Shown here: positions 12,956 through 25,457 of the stretch, piece by piece
How positions within the stretch are numbered: the stretch's first letter is position 1
How the letters are laid out: every line of letters begins with the position of its first letter
Source of the DNA: Penicillus capitatus
Lineage: Eukaryota; Plantae; Chlorophyta
Length of the DNA: 64,000 nucleotides
Assembly: GCA_965649825.1 (NCBI GenBank)
Contig: OZ287697.1
Location: 1,079,635 to 1,143,634, forward strand
Direction: 5' to 3'
Position numbers and translations under genes: made by a program
The notes under the pieces: generated by a model
The model's database searches: none
Told to the model about the DNA's origin: nothing
Seen by the model: the letters and a program-made list of their open reading frames with translations, nothing else

Positions 12956-13068
12956 AAAATAGCATCGTCATCATGTAAGATTGTCTTCACACAAAAAATG
13001 GACAATAAAGAATCCTCGATCGAGCAAGAATGAAAAGAGCGCGATGTCTCGACGCGTCACTCTTTTTT

Positions 13069-14426
13069 CTAGACAGCTGAGTATCCCTCAGGAAGAGAAG
13101 ATCCAGTTGAGCCGGCCAGATCGGCGTCTGCCATGTAAGAATCGGCCAACTGGATTCTCTTGATGTTATCCTGTTCCTTCACCAGCGCATTTCCGTACGA
13201 CATCAGCACGGTCAGGTTCATCTCAACCTTGTCAAACTTCACAGCGCCTTCTTTGGAATTGACCAGACGACGTCCGACGTTCTCGACTCCCAAATCCGTG
13301 ACGAACTCGCGGACCTTATCATCATAGACGCGCGATCGCAGAGCGCCGAAGAAATCGATGGACTGATTGGGGAATCGATCGACGAGCTGTTCGACGTCGG
13401 CACGGCTCAAGTTATCTTCCTGGAAGATTCCCATACAGATGCCGATTCTGTCCTCCCTTGTCGGATTCCAATAGTACTTCTCCATCCGTCCGTCACGGAT
13501 CAGCGGCGCATAGAGCGTGGAGAAATCGTTACCCGTACAGATGATGGGCACGCGAGGAATGGTCTCCTCCTTGTAGACCCCGGGCAGCTGGACATTCGTC
13601 GGATTGTCGGCAATGTTCATCAGCGTGGCGTTGACCATCTGATTGTTCACGGTATACTGTGTGGCATCTCCCATGCGTCCGGCACCGGCGTCCAGATCAT
13701 TGATAAAGAGGGCACACATCTTGCCTTTCTTAATGGTATCGGACGCTTCTCTGTATCGCTGACGGATGAGCTTCGCCGGTTCACCAGCATTGCCCGATTC
13801 CAATTCGCCGGCAGACATGACGATGGGACTGATGTTGAGCTTCTTAAAAGCGAGGTTGCATTGGAAGGTCTTTCCTTGACCTTTGCCTCCCCAGATCCCC
13901 AAAATGAGCGGGACCTTGATCTTGGGCAGCTCCATAAAGTTCTTGGCGATGTGGATCGTCAGTTTGTCCAAGAAAGCGGGCGCAATGTAATAGCCTTCTT
14001 CGATATTGCCGAAGGAGCGTTGGGAGGTTTTGATGTAATCTGTCGACGACAGCACGGCGTTGTGTGTCCCGTCCAATCCCTGAGCTCCCTGAAAGAGGCT
14101 ATCCACCATGTCACGTCCGCGCGTGATGTCTTGCTGCATAGAGAGTCCGACACACGAACGAACATACCCTTTGGCTGACGGAGGTATCGACGACGTACCT
14201 GATCATCTGAGATGTCTTCGTCCAGGCCACGGAACTTGCCGATTTGACTTTTGCTCTTCATGAACACGGTCGCGCCGTTGTGCACCTGGAGAGCAGAAGA
14301 TCGTGGCGGCGATAGGTGATGTGACGTTACCGTCGTCGAGAGACGCGCACCGCCGATGGAGCGCGATGACGGACCGAGGGCAGCGACAGGACGCGCGCAG
14401 GAAGACGGCGCGGCATGGCATCTCAT
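13069..14426 (-). CDS. RCA: Rubisco activase (short form with no redox C-terminal extension)
   Basis: Transit peptide, EDISDDQ|[16 protein letters not shown], Walker [62 protein letters not shown]. Confidence 0.97.
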
Positions 14427-14636
14427 GGAGCGCGACTGCAGACCATGAGAACGGTTTGAAATGGAGATGGTCTGGTGTGAAACCCGCCTGCATGTTGGTA
14501 CGTTCGGGGGCTGATAACAGGATCTGTTCAAGCTCGACCGAGAAATTCGACGAGGAGGCAATGAAAGGCTATGGCGCGAAGCGGAAAGGCAGAAAATGGA
14601 CGAAACCTACCATTTTAAAGGGCGGATAGAACGCTG

Positions 14637-16863
14637 TCACATCACGCGATGCGACGAGGGTCGCGTCGCTATCCAGTAAAGAGCATTGGCGATCGAATTG
14701 CCGATGTCCGGTGCACCGTTCAGCTGAGTGAAACCGCGCCACGCTGTCTCTTTGTCGATCACGGCGAAAGACATCCAGAGAAAACCGCGCCATGCGATCT
14801 CGACCGTCGGATCGTCTTTTAGGTGTCCGATGCAATGATGGATGCGTTCGATCCAGTCAGCGGAAAAGAGCCGTTCGGAGATCGGCACAAACGGCAGCAT
14901 CTGTATGCCGTGTATGTACTCGAGATTGGATCCAAACCATGTGCCGTAGTCTACTTTGCCGCTCCAGACGATGCCGACGGTGGCGTTGAGATGGAAGGGC
15001 TCGGGATAGATCGAGGCATCGGGATGCGGTATGTGCCAGTACGTCTGCGTTGACAGAATCTCCATATGCATCAGAGCGGCGCCGAAATCGCGTATCATGG
15101 CGTCGTCCATCACCTCGCCGAGCAGTGAGATGGCATAGTAGGCATGAATTGCTTCGGAACTGGATTCCTGGTTCTTTCCATCGGGAAAACAGAACAGACC
15201 GGACGCCCACGAGTGTCCAGCGTAGTGATCGAAGTGACGGAGTCGGGGGAAATGCACGTCGTCGTAGCAGGGATTGGCGTAATCTCGCACGAGGTCGATA
15301 ACTGGACGCCACCACGCATGGAGCCAAGCTGGATCGCCTTTGCCGATGGCGGCGGCGGCGTAAACGAAGTAGCCGTACTGAAAGTGATGATCATTGTACA
15401 TACCATTCCCATAATCCGCTCCAGAACTCAGCGCTCCTTCGGTGGACACGAGGCCGCCCCAGACAGCGTCATAGACAATGGCATTCTTGTTGGCACCTTT
15501 AAGCCACGGCTCCAACGCCTTCTGCATTCGACGCCGGACATTAGATGCGACGATGTCCTCGCCGAGCTCATCCGCGATCACGGCCAGACGACCCATCGCT
15601 GCGACCTAAACAGAGAGGTCGTACGTTTGTGCAGAAGAGGCATTGGATGCACGCGTTTGCCGAAGGCGTATGGATCGGTGTTGTGCACCTCCATCGCGGC
15701 CTCTGCATAGAGAGCGCCACGCACGACTTCGGCCTTAGCAGCATCGATCTTCTGCAGACTATTCCACGAGACGTTGACGATTTCGAGCGTTAGATCCCAC
15801 TGGGTGCCTCGAACGCCATACATTGGGCCCTTGATGCAGCGATACCAATGGGAAGCGGACGCCAACGCAGGCGGCGCTTTCATCCGAGCATGGTGTGGCA
15901 GCGCCAGCATCAGGAGATCCACTTCCTCCGCCGTCGGCGCGACCCTCTCCGTCTGAAACGTATAGACACACGTCAGCCTGTGTGCAAACACTGGGATCGC
16001 GTGGTGGATGCGCGTTTGTCTGTGGACGCACGTGTTGTTGGAGATGCAGTATTCGACATTGCCGCCTATGGGCACGACATTGCGACAGCGATTCAGCAGC
16101 TGCGTCGCCTCTTCGCACTCCGGCTCCAAAGCCAAACGCAAGACGCCTGTGAACGGTGCCGTCGCTGTGATGATTAGAGGATTAGCACTGGAAGCCACAC
16201 ATCATATATATATATCTGCCTCTTCAGGATGTGTATGCGGCGGCCACTCACGTGAAGTGTAGTGTGATATCGCGCGATGCATAGATCATCCAGACTTGCT
16301 GGTTATTGAGCGGAACTCGAAAGATGTGGCCCGTGAACTCGCCACGGAAATCGGCGGCGATGGCGAAAATCGATGAGATGATCGGGGTGGCGTTTTCGAA
16401 TCGGAAGGTGAGATAGGGAGCGCCCTGAACCACGGGACACGTCATCGCCGTTGCGTTGGTCGTCGAACTCCAAGCGAACGTCGCACTCAAGTCGTCATAT
16501 CGAAGGAGACGATGCCCCGTCAGCGGCTCTTGACATCCCACTCTGCACGACACCTCACTCTTTGCTTTCGTGTGACGACGAAGCTGACCGGAAGTTGTCG
16601 ACGAAGATCGAAGAGACGAACTTCTCCGACGTTAAGAAGTTCGGATAGCACAGCGCGGCAACGTCACATCGAAGCTGCAGGAGATAAGGCAGGGGGTGGA
16701 CTGTCCAACCGCCGCCCTCCAGACACGCCGGCGTCCACCAGGCATTCGTCGGATAGGGTCGTCCCACGTTGCCCCAGAGCGTTTCGTCTGGTCGAGAAGG
16801 CACCGCCGGCGCTTGGGCATAACTCGGCGCAACAGACCTCGCATTCGACAAAACCGATGCCAT
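14637..16863 (-). CDS. Endo-1,3(4)-beta-glucanase, glycoside hydrolase family 81
   Basis: PYPTNAWW near the N-terminus, GAPYLT, YNDHHFQYGYFVYAAA, RHFDHYAGHSWASGL, catalytic NQESSSEAIHAYY, YGTWFG and IHGIQMLPF. Confidence 0.93.
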
Positions 16864-16883
16864 TTATATCAAACGTCTTGTCA

Positions 16884-17950
16884 ATGGCAAACGAGACAGA
16901 TCCCTTAGCGGCCACCGTCCACGGCACCAACCCTCAGGTGATGGCGCATAACGCAAGAGGACGGTCTCGACGTGGCGGCTGCAGAATCTGATCGAGCACA
17001 TCGTTCGGGCGAAGATTTATGAGTGTCGTTACTGGAAGGAGGAATGCTTTGGCCTCAGTGCTGAAGTGCTGGTCGACAAGGCGGTGGATTTGAATCATGT
17101 CGGTGGGACATATGGCGGCTCCCAGCAACCATGTCCCTTTCTCTGCCTCATTAACAAGATGCTTCAGATCCAACCAGACAAGGATATCATTATCGAATTC
17201 ATCAAGAACGAGGATTATAAATATGTGCGGCTGCTGGGTGCGGGATTGCGTCGCGTCGGATGTGATGTGACGTTGACGTGACAGGGGCGTTCTATCTGAG
17301 ACTGGTCGGCAGGGCAGTCGAGATCTATCAGTACTTGGAGCCGTTGTACAATGACTACCGCAAAATTCGGGAGCGATTGGCAGATGGGAATTTTGCTTTG
17401 AGTCATGTCGACGAAGTGGTCGATCGGATGTTGCGTACCGATCATCTCTTTGACATCTCTCTACCCCGAATTTCACTCAGGTCACGATCTCACACTTTTT
17501 GAGTGAGACATATCTGACGTGATGATAGAATCCAGTTGGAGCGATCTGGAGCATTGGAGCCACGCACGTCGGCCTTGGCAGGAGATCTGGAGGATGAGGC
17601 AGTAGACGAGGAAGAGGTAGAAGAAGTGGCGAAGGAATTGGCACAGGCAGATGCGTTGAGAGAAGAGAAGGAACGGAACAGAGACAAGGAACGCGTGCGA
17701 TTTCGCCGTCATCGATCTCGGCAATCTCCTCCGCGATCTGCAATGAAAAGACAGGCGCTTTTCTGTTTAGGAGCCCAAAACGACGATCCGAAGATGCGCG
17801 ACCCAAAGAGAAGAGCAAGAAAAAAGTGAGAAGTGTGAGAAAGGGGTGGCTGCGGGAGATAGTGTGCCGTAGGTGGCGACCGAGGAAGATGCCGAGATTG
17901 CCGAGGCAAATGCCTTGCGTGCAAAGCTTGGGTTGAAGCCACTCAAATGA
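16884..17950 (+). CDS. PRP38: Pre-mRNA splicing factor Prp38A
   Basis: MANETDPLAATVHGTNPQ|NLIEHIVRAKIYECRYWKEECFGL...GGTYGGSQQPCPFLCLINKMLQIQPDKDIIIEFIKNEDYKYVRLLG, ending IAEANALRAKLGLKPLK*. Confidence 0.95.
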
Positions 17951-20233
17951 TACGCTCGTTGTCTCTATACCGTCTATCTCACACATTTTGTGTGATATCT
18001 CATCTCTACTTGCGTCGTTTCGTGGGCCGTCGATAAGAACCCCGTTGTCGAATCGCTTGCGAAACTCTGAATCGCACATGTCTGTTATTGTATACTGAAT
18101 TGGGTGTTGCCTGTTGGAAGGAGGAGAGGGTGCGTCAGACGCCGTGGCCCTATTGGAAGGCAGTCTTGGGGCGGCGGGGATCTGTGAAGGGCTTTGCGTG
18201 CGCTGGTGTGTTTGATCATCATCTGCTGATGTGACCCGGCTACGACGGCGATCCGGGTTGGATACAGCTTGCGTTTCGCACGGCATCCAGGAAGGCTCTT
18301 TTTCGGCGATTTCGGCAGCAAAACGCTTGACGGCATCTCTGGCTGTCTCTTCGTCCGTGACCTCGCTCTCTTTCATCAGTCGCTCTTGAAACTGAGCGAT
18401 CTGACGACTGAAGACATTGCGGATGCTGGCCTAGATCAACGACATATCTCACTCTAACGTCGCTTCGTAAAAAGTGTGATGCACGTGAGTGTTCGAAAAG
18501 ATGACCGATTGAAAAGCGGAAGTGCATCCGTGCAACGAGATCATCTTTAGATTTCCCTGCAGCTCTGCCATGATCAACTCATCCATCAGCGCCGGCTCCT
18601 GAACATCCGAACGGAACTGCACAGCCGCCGCCGTCGGCTTCCTACATCTCACTCTTTTGCAAAAGTGTGAGAACTGTCTCCTTACTCGCGTCTCTTTGGT
18701 TTTTTGACCCAGAGAAGCATGTCATCCGGGTTGGCCACCGTACACGCAAAGCGTTTCTGCATCTCCTGCGTGCGAATGATATCGAATCCCGTGTAGTCGA
18801 TCCGAAGACGAATCAGCGGCAGCATTTCTGGGTTATCTCGATAGGCATCGGCGACCATGGCCTCAAGCTTCCAGCGAACGAACTCCTTAACTGTGTGCTC
18901 CTGTGTGGGATAGACACCGTACTGCTCGGCCAGCAACACATTGGCGAATTTAAAAGGCCGGACACCTTGGAGCCTGTGCTTCGACACACGATGCTGGGCA
19001 TTGCCTTCATCATCGCCAAAGACTTCCAGGAGAAAGACATGTTTAGCATCTGCCTCTCCTGCCGTCACACTTCGAGATAAGATGTCTCCATCGCGCAATG
19101 ATTACTCTACCTTCTGCGAGAGAGGTCGCGACGGTGGAGCCTGGTTGGAGGACGTGGAAATCTCCAACGGTCGAGGGCTGTTGATGTGACAGAAGAGTGA
19201 TTCGAGGTAAAAGAGTGAGATGCTGACCTGTGTTTCGGTGAGGCATTGATGTTCGTGTCCCCAGAGAACGAAATCTAAATCTTCATAGGCTGCCAGATGT
19301 CGATCTTCGATCCATCCGTGCGTATTGCTGAAGCCACGCTGAACGCGGTTCTGATGTAGAACAAAGAGATTGAACCACTCCTGGTCGCTGTCGAAAGTCA
19401 TCTCCGACGGTCGGACCCTGCACGGCATCTTACACAAGAGTGATCAACGAGAAGGTGGAGATGACCATTTAACGGCGCCCGGTTTTCGGAAAACAGTCCC
19501 CACGCGTTGATCGGCAATGTGGCCCAATCCGTACAACGCCAGTCGTGTAGATCCCTGCATCTCACTCTTCTTATAACACAAAGCGGGGAGTCTCACACTT
19601 TTGCTATAAGAATCGGGCGGAGTGTCAAATCGCCATTCTCCCCAATGTCCTGTACACTTTGATGTGACAGCTCCTCGAAGAGGGCTGCACGCTATGCCGA
19701 CCTTTTTGCCAAAGTAGTTGATCAGACCCGAGGAGGATGGGACGTCCATCGCCGACAGTGAGGCGTCGCCATGAGGATAGTCATGATTTCCATGAATGCT
19801 GAATACTGGCAGTCCCACTCTCAGATTGGGATTCTCAAAATTCACCTGCCTAAACATAGGCCAGACGATACGTCACATCATGGCGGCTTATACATACGGT
19901 TCGGCGAGATTCCCGCCGTTCTCGACAATGCGAAAGGCGACGTCTTTGTCGTACAAGCAGTACTGCGACAGAAGACGGTCCAGTCGGACAAACGTCTGCT
20001 TCGTCGGCGCGGCCTCGTGAAAGAGATCGCCGCCCAAGAGAACGAAATCCACATCGAGCTCGCGTGCCGTTTTCAACACCTCTTCAAAGTTGCGAAACGC
20101 ATCGTCGCCGATGACGGCGTTCTTCTCGGCGTAGCCCTAATCGAATCTATCGATCGAAACGTATCGATCGATCGGAACGACGCACGAGGTGATTGTCGGT
20201 CGAGATCAGGATGCGCAGAGGAGTGGTGTCCAT
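17943..20233 (-). CDS. MRE11: Double-strand break repair nuclease MRE11 (3' end model uncertain)
   Basis: MDTTPLRILISTDNHL|GYAEK, LLGGDLFHE, NFENPNLRVGLPVFSIHGNHD, LYGLGHI, WFNLFVLHQNR, LWGHEHQC, PLIRLRIDYTGF and VANPDDML. The end at 17943 assumes a 44-nt GC-AG intron and a 36-nt intron. Confidence 0.92.
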
Positions 20234-20293
20234 CTGGTCGACGAGATAATTGAGAAATGACGCGACCCTCAAACTTTGACGAGCATAGCGACG

Positions 20294-21665
20294 ATGGACA
20301 TCATCAACGATGGCACGAAACTCCACAAACGCCGCCTCATGTCCAAATACGATTCTGTTAAAGTACTGCTGTCTGTCTTTGTGATGCCTGTGCGGTCAAG
20401 CACTGCCATGCAGGTGTTCGTTGCGCTCCCAGGTTACCCTTCGCGTTCGTACATCTTGTCACGTTATCTCATCTCCAGGATGCTCACAGTGGCGAAGATT
20501 CCGACCACAAAAGTGACCTGTCACATCAGACATGTACTGCCATGACGTCTTATAGTCGGTGAAGATCGCCTTGCTGCTGAAGAAACACTTTGTCGACCGA
20601 GACATGCTCTCCATTACACAAGTGCCCCATCGACCTGACCCCTGGGACATGTCTCGCATCAAGTGGCAGTTGGCAAACGTAGGCGGAGCTGGAGGTAGCG
20701 CTGAAGGAGTACATGGAAAAGAAAGGCTTTGGAGACGTCTTCTCTCAGCGAATGCACCTGGTCCAACGATTTTTCTGCGAGAAGAGGACGATGGTGATCA
20801 CGATCTGCGGCGCGCCGTCTGTCGGCAAATCATCGTTCGCCCAACAGCTGGCCGGTCGATTCAACATATCAAACATTCTCCAAACAGATCTGATCTATGA
20901 AGTGTGATATATGGCTGCATAAGAGTGAGATGAAATTGTGTGAGAATAGTTACGAAAGAGTGATCCCGCCTCGCCGTTCCGCAGGCCAACCATGTTCGAA
21001 GAGCCTGGGCGGACTGGACGCGATTTGACGCAGGAGTACGATCGCGAATGTCATTTCGTACAACGGGCGATCGATGCCGAACTGCACAAGGTTGACATCG
21101 CTGCTGGATCTCACTCTTTTATGAACCGTCCGTTAGTGTGTGACCGAAGGCAAGGTGGTGATTCTCGAAGGACTGCATCTCAATCCAGGTCTCTACCTGC
21201 AAGAGATGGCCAAGTTCGGCGCATCGACTTTTGCTCATCACTGCGAAAACCGCCGTTGCGATGCTGCGTCGCCGATCTACATTCCGATCGTGATCGGCTG
21301 CTCACGTGAAGATCACTGGCTTCAGACACGCGAGGCGCTGTATCGAAGAGGAAGTCGTTTCTTTGCTCCACAAACGACACGAGAAGGTACCACAGCCATC
21401 GACTCCATACAGCTCGCCTGTCTCTCATAGCATGCCATCAGGCGGCGAGACGATTTTTGAGAAGATCCGGGAGATCCATACATATCTGACGGAGTGTCGT
21501 CATCCAGATGTGACGTATGTCCATGCGGGCCTCGATGACGCATCGTCTGCACTGGACGATCTTCATGATCTTTTTTTGAAATGCATTTCATTGGCGATGG
21601 ATGATTTGGCGTATGCCAACGGTGATGGTATGTACGAAAATGGACAGGGAGGTTTACACGGATAG
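20294..21665 (+). CDS. P-loop NTPase of the 2-phosphoglycerate-kinase-like / LPA1 family
   Basis: SKYDSVKV, YILSRYLISRMLTVAKIP, VKIALLLKKHFVDRDMLSITQ, Walker A ICGAPSVGKSSFAQQLAGRFNISNILQTD, and GKVVILEGLHLNP. Confidence 0.82.
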
Positions 21666-22792
21666 CGTTGAGGACTTGTGTAATTGCGAAAGAGAAGAGC
21701 ATTGCTGCGCCCAGAGCAGCGTATCGTCATAGCCTTTACGGCGATAAACATCGACCTCTTCCATTCGAAGGGGCACCAATCCATTCCACAACGTCTTCCA
21801 CACGCTCGGGATCTCGTCCCGTGGACGACGATCGGGGCTGATATCGACGTCCCGTCTATCGAACAATCGACGATTTGCTGCCGGTAAGGCCGAGACCTAG
21901 ATACACATGCGCCTCGTCTGTTTATGTGTGACCATGTGTGACGCAACCGTGATGGTGCGATCGGATGCGAGTGATCCGTCGAGTGGGAAATCTGGAAAGA
22001 AATGCGTCGGCATGCCGTCAGAGTAGATGCTCCCGTCCTTCCATTCGACACCGAGACGCGGACCGAGATAGTAGGGAATATAACAGGAAGCCACCACTGC
22101 GTCGATGAATTCTTTCCGTGAAGCGTATTGCGTCAGGACTTTGCCAGAGATGCCTTTCTTCGGGGTATAGATCGTCACGCCGATGCCGATGCGATCCGTT
22201 GCCCTGCGATGGACGTCATGAGGTAGCATTTCCTAGAAAATAGTCGATAGTGTCAGCCTTTTAGGGTTTTCTCTACCTCTAGTGTTTCGTACAGGATCTT
22301 TGTGACTTTCCATCCGTAGCCAGAATCGAGCAGACGTCCCTGGATCTGACGCGTCAGTTCTGAGCAATCGCGTGGGGAGACGCCAGAAACGGCAAACGCT
22401 CCGGCGAGAGCTCCGGCTGAAGTGCCCGAGATAGGCGTGTCTTTGTGAAAAAGCTTCAGCTCTGTGAGGCACTCCATCACTCCTGAAGTCTAACTCCTTC
22501 ACCCGTTGATGAACGTCTGTGCGCTTTTACCGAGATAGTAAGAGACGAGGAAGCCACCGGGAGAAAAGACAATGCCGAGGTTCGGCGACGGACTCTCAGC
22601 GACCTCTGTGTCATGTGCCGCGACACGAGGTCGTCGATCTACGCGTCTCGCCTTTGATGGCGATAACTCGACGCTGCGCACAAGGCGACAGCGAGTAGCA
22701 CGAATGCTCTTTCGCGTGCCGACGTGCAGACGATTCGACAAAGCCGCGACGTCGGTCATCAGACGCCGCGACGTCAAACTACGGGGCATCAT
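21654..22792 (-). CDS. Patatin-like phospholipase with putative transit peptide
   Basis: GIVFSPGGFLVSYYLG (glycine-rich loop), GTSAGALAG (GxSxG nucleophile), AVVASCYIPYY and YSDG (DG motif). Confidence 0.86.
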
Positions 22793-23078
22793 GAATATGC
22801 CTGTACTCAAAAGAGATGTCCCACAATCGGCCGCGGACCGAGTGAGAACACACAAAGAGCTTTACACGCGTTAAGAGCGGTACTCTAAGGGACAGCTACG
22901 TCCATTTAATACCACGAGCTGTTGGCTGTCTAGACAGCCGCATCATCGCCCTTTCAGGACCATAAAAGACAACCCTCGCAGAGTCCACGATTGATCGATT
23001 CTAAGGCACGAATTCGATCATCAAAAGCGTCGAGAAGAGCATCGCGGGATGATCTAATCGACAACATTCGTGCTGATC

Positions 23079-24055
23079 ATGGAAGCCAACACACAAGCTT
23101 TGACACCGGACAGGTCATTCCTCTTCCTAACCATCTAATTGCTGCAATGCGTTTCCGCAAAGGCACACAGACGCGTCGTTCTTTATCGATTTCGCCGCTC
23201 TCACATTAGCCGATTCGATCGGCGGAGGCGCGTCGTCTATCGTCTATCGAGGTACCTGGCATCGGTAAGACCTCGTGCGGATACCGTCGATTGCATTCGT
23301 GCCTTTGTCGTGGATTTAGGTCTCCGGTCGCGATCAAGAAATGGTTCGATCCGACGTGCGGCACGATGACGCTTCGTGAATTCCATGCCGAGTTGCTAAC
23401 GGTCCGACGGCTACGCCATCCGAATATCGTCCCGTTCTACGCTGCTTCCGCTCAGCCGCCAGATCTCTGTCTGGTGATGGAACATCTCCCGACGTCACTC
23501 TTCGATGTCTTACACAACGCACGACTGCCAATAGACGATCACCGTCTTTGCGCGATGGCACTGGACATCGCCCGAGCACTTCTCTATCTTCACGCTCAGA
23601 CACCGCCCATCATCCATCGCGACGTAAAACCGGCGAATCTCTTACTGGATCGCGCATGGCGCGTGAAGCTCTGTGATTTCGGCCTCGCTTCCGCTCTGCC
23701 TCATCAGCGTCATGCCGGTACCGTGGCATACATGGCACCGGAGTTACTCGATCCTGACAGGACATTCAACGCTGCCGTCGATGTCTACGCCTTTGGCGTT
23801 GTCTTGAACGAGATGCTGTCAGGACGAGTGCCCTTCGAAACGATCGATGACAACGTCATCCGTCGACGCGTGATGCAAGGCGATCGACCGATCATCCCGA
23901 TTTCGTGTCCACTGCCTCTGCGACGTCTCATCGAATCGTGTTGGCAGCACGATGCGCGTAAGCGTCCCATCATGGCGGACGTGCACGATCGACTGCAGCA
24001 TTATCTGATCGCACTGAAGAACGACGCGTCGATGAGAACACCGATGCCGTCATGA
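23079..24055 (+). CDS. Kinase-only tyrosine-kinase-like (Raf/MAP3K-like) Ser/Thr kinase
   Basis: Spliced: FIDFAALTLADSIGGGASSIVYRGTWHRSPVAIKKW, LRHPNIV, IIHRDVKPANLL, KLCDFGLA, GTVAYMAPE, DVYAFGVVLNEM and CWQHDARKRP. Confidence 0.93.
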
Positions 24056-24154
24056 AATGATGAGATTCACTGCACAGCAACAATCGCGGAGATCGACAGC
24101 ATCTTTGAGGCATTGTTTATTGGCAGATCACTGCAGACAAGAGCAACGAAGCAA

Positions 24155-25457
24155 CTACGTATCGGTCTTGGCTCTCTTGACACCCAAAAGCTTCTTCATG
24201 ATTTCGTACGACACAAAACGAATGCTATTCTGCGGAACGACCTTCAATGTATTGGCTGCCCATCCTCTGTAAAATCCTCTCAGTCCTAGGCCAGCAATCG
24301 ATGCACGGGTTGGTCAAAGGAAACAAGGGAGGAGACCTTCGCTGCGCCAGATCGTGGCGAAAGCATCGATTTGGTGGCGGTACATCTTCCCCGGCATCTG
24401 CATACGCCGCCGAATCGTGTCCAGAGGGTAACAGACTGTTGCCGCAATAGTCCCCGAGACAGCACCGATCAAGAGATTTGATGTGACGTTCTGTTTGACA
24501 TCCGCTCCTCCATAGAACTGCGTCTTGAACAGATCATAACACGCAAAATTCAACGCAGCGTACGGCGCGATCCCTAACACCATCCTCACATCGATCGACG
24601 TCATCATAAAGTTGCAATCTTGCCGATTAGGGTCGGAAACAGTCCCTTGTACAATGCCACTGGCCCCTCCGTTTTCGAAATCGTGATAAAAGCATTCGTC
24701 ATTCCTATCATCCACAGAAGTGTTTTCTGATCTCATGGGGTGTCGTACAAACCCGAGTAAGGATGCGTTGGAAGAGCCAGTCGTAGTCGGACAGTGTCCA
24801 AAGGATGCGTCAATGCTGTCGCTGTCATGCCAGCTAAAGCTCCGGAGATCAATCGCCTTGGCACCTAGACAGTATCATCGGTTCATTTCGCCATACGTCG
24901 TGTTGTGGCACACGGTAAGTTCTCCGGCATCGTTGACGAGGATTCTCTTGTATTGATCGTTGGCCATGAGCTGCGCCGCAGAGTAGGGGAAAATTCGAAT
25001 GATGTTTGTGCCATTGCCTTTCCAAAATGACAGTATCCCCTCCTCCCTGAGAACCCCGATTGAATAGGACAGGATGCATTAGCTGTTGAGTGACCTGAAG
25101 ATTTTGACAACAGATTGCCAGACACCGGTATAGGCAGTGGCCGACGTTCCTGAGCTCTTGACCGCCTGAAAGGACCCTCACTCTTTTTGGGTTCGAAAAA
25201 GAGTGAGATGTTATACTTGAACTTGAAAGAGGAGTTTGATTCTGTCGAGTGGCGCTGAGGCTGTTCGCGCTATGGCCCCCGCGACACCTCCGGCGATAAA
25301 CATCCTGAACAGGCGTTGACGAGGTTAAGACTCTATATGATGCGATACCGAGAGTTATCGAAGGTTTTGAGAATGGTGCTGGTGACGGCACCATAGGGAG
25401 AAGCCTCAGACCCAGACATCGTACAGCCAAAGAACGCCTAGAGATAACGAACATCAT
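24155..25457 (-). CDS. Mitochondrial carrier family protein, thylakoid/envelope ADP,ATP carrier (TAAC) type; contains a GC-AG intron
   Basis: [65 protein letters not shown], and the C-terminus [40 protein letters not shown]. Confidence 0.88.

Noticed and set aside
23079-24055. Kinase-only TKL as a signalling partner of the giant surface proteins
   Set aside because: Proximity is the only support, and such kinases are numerous in chlorophytes.
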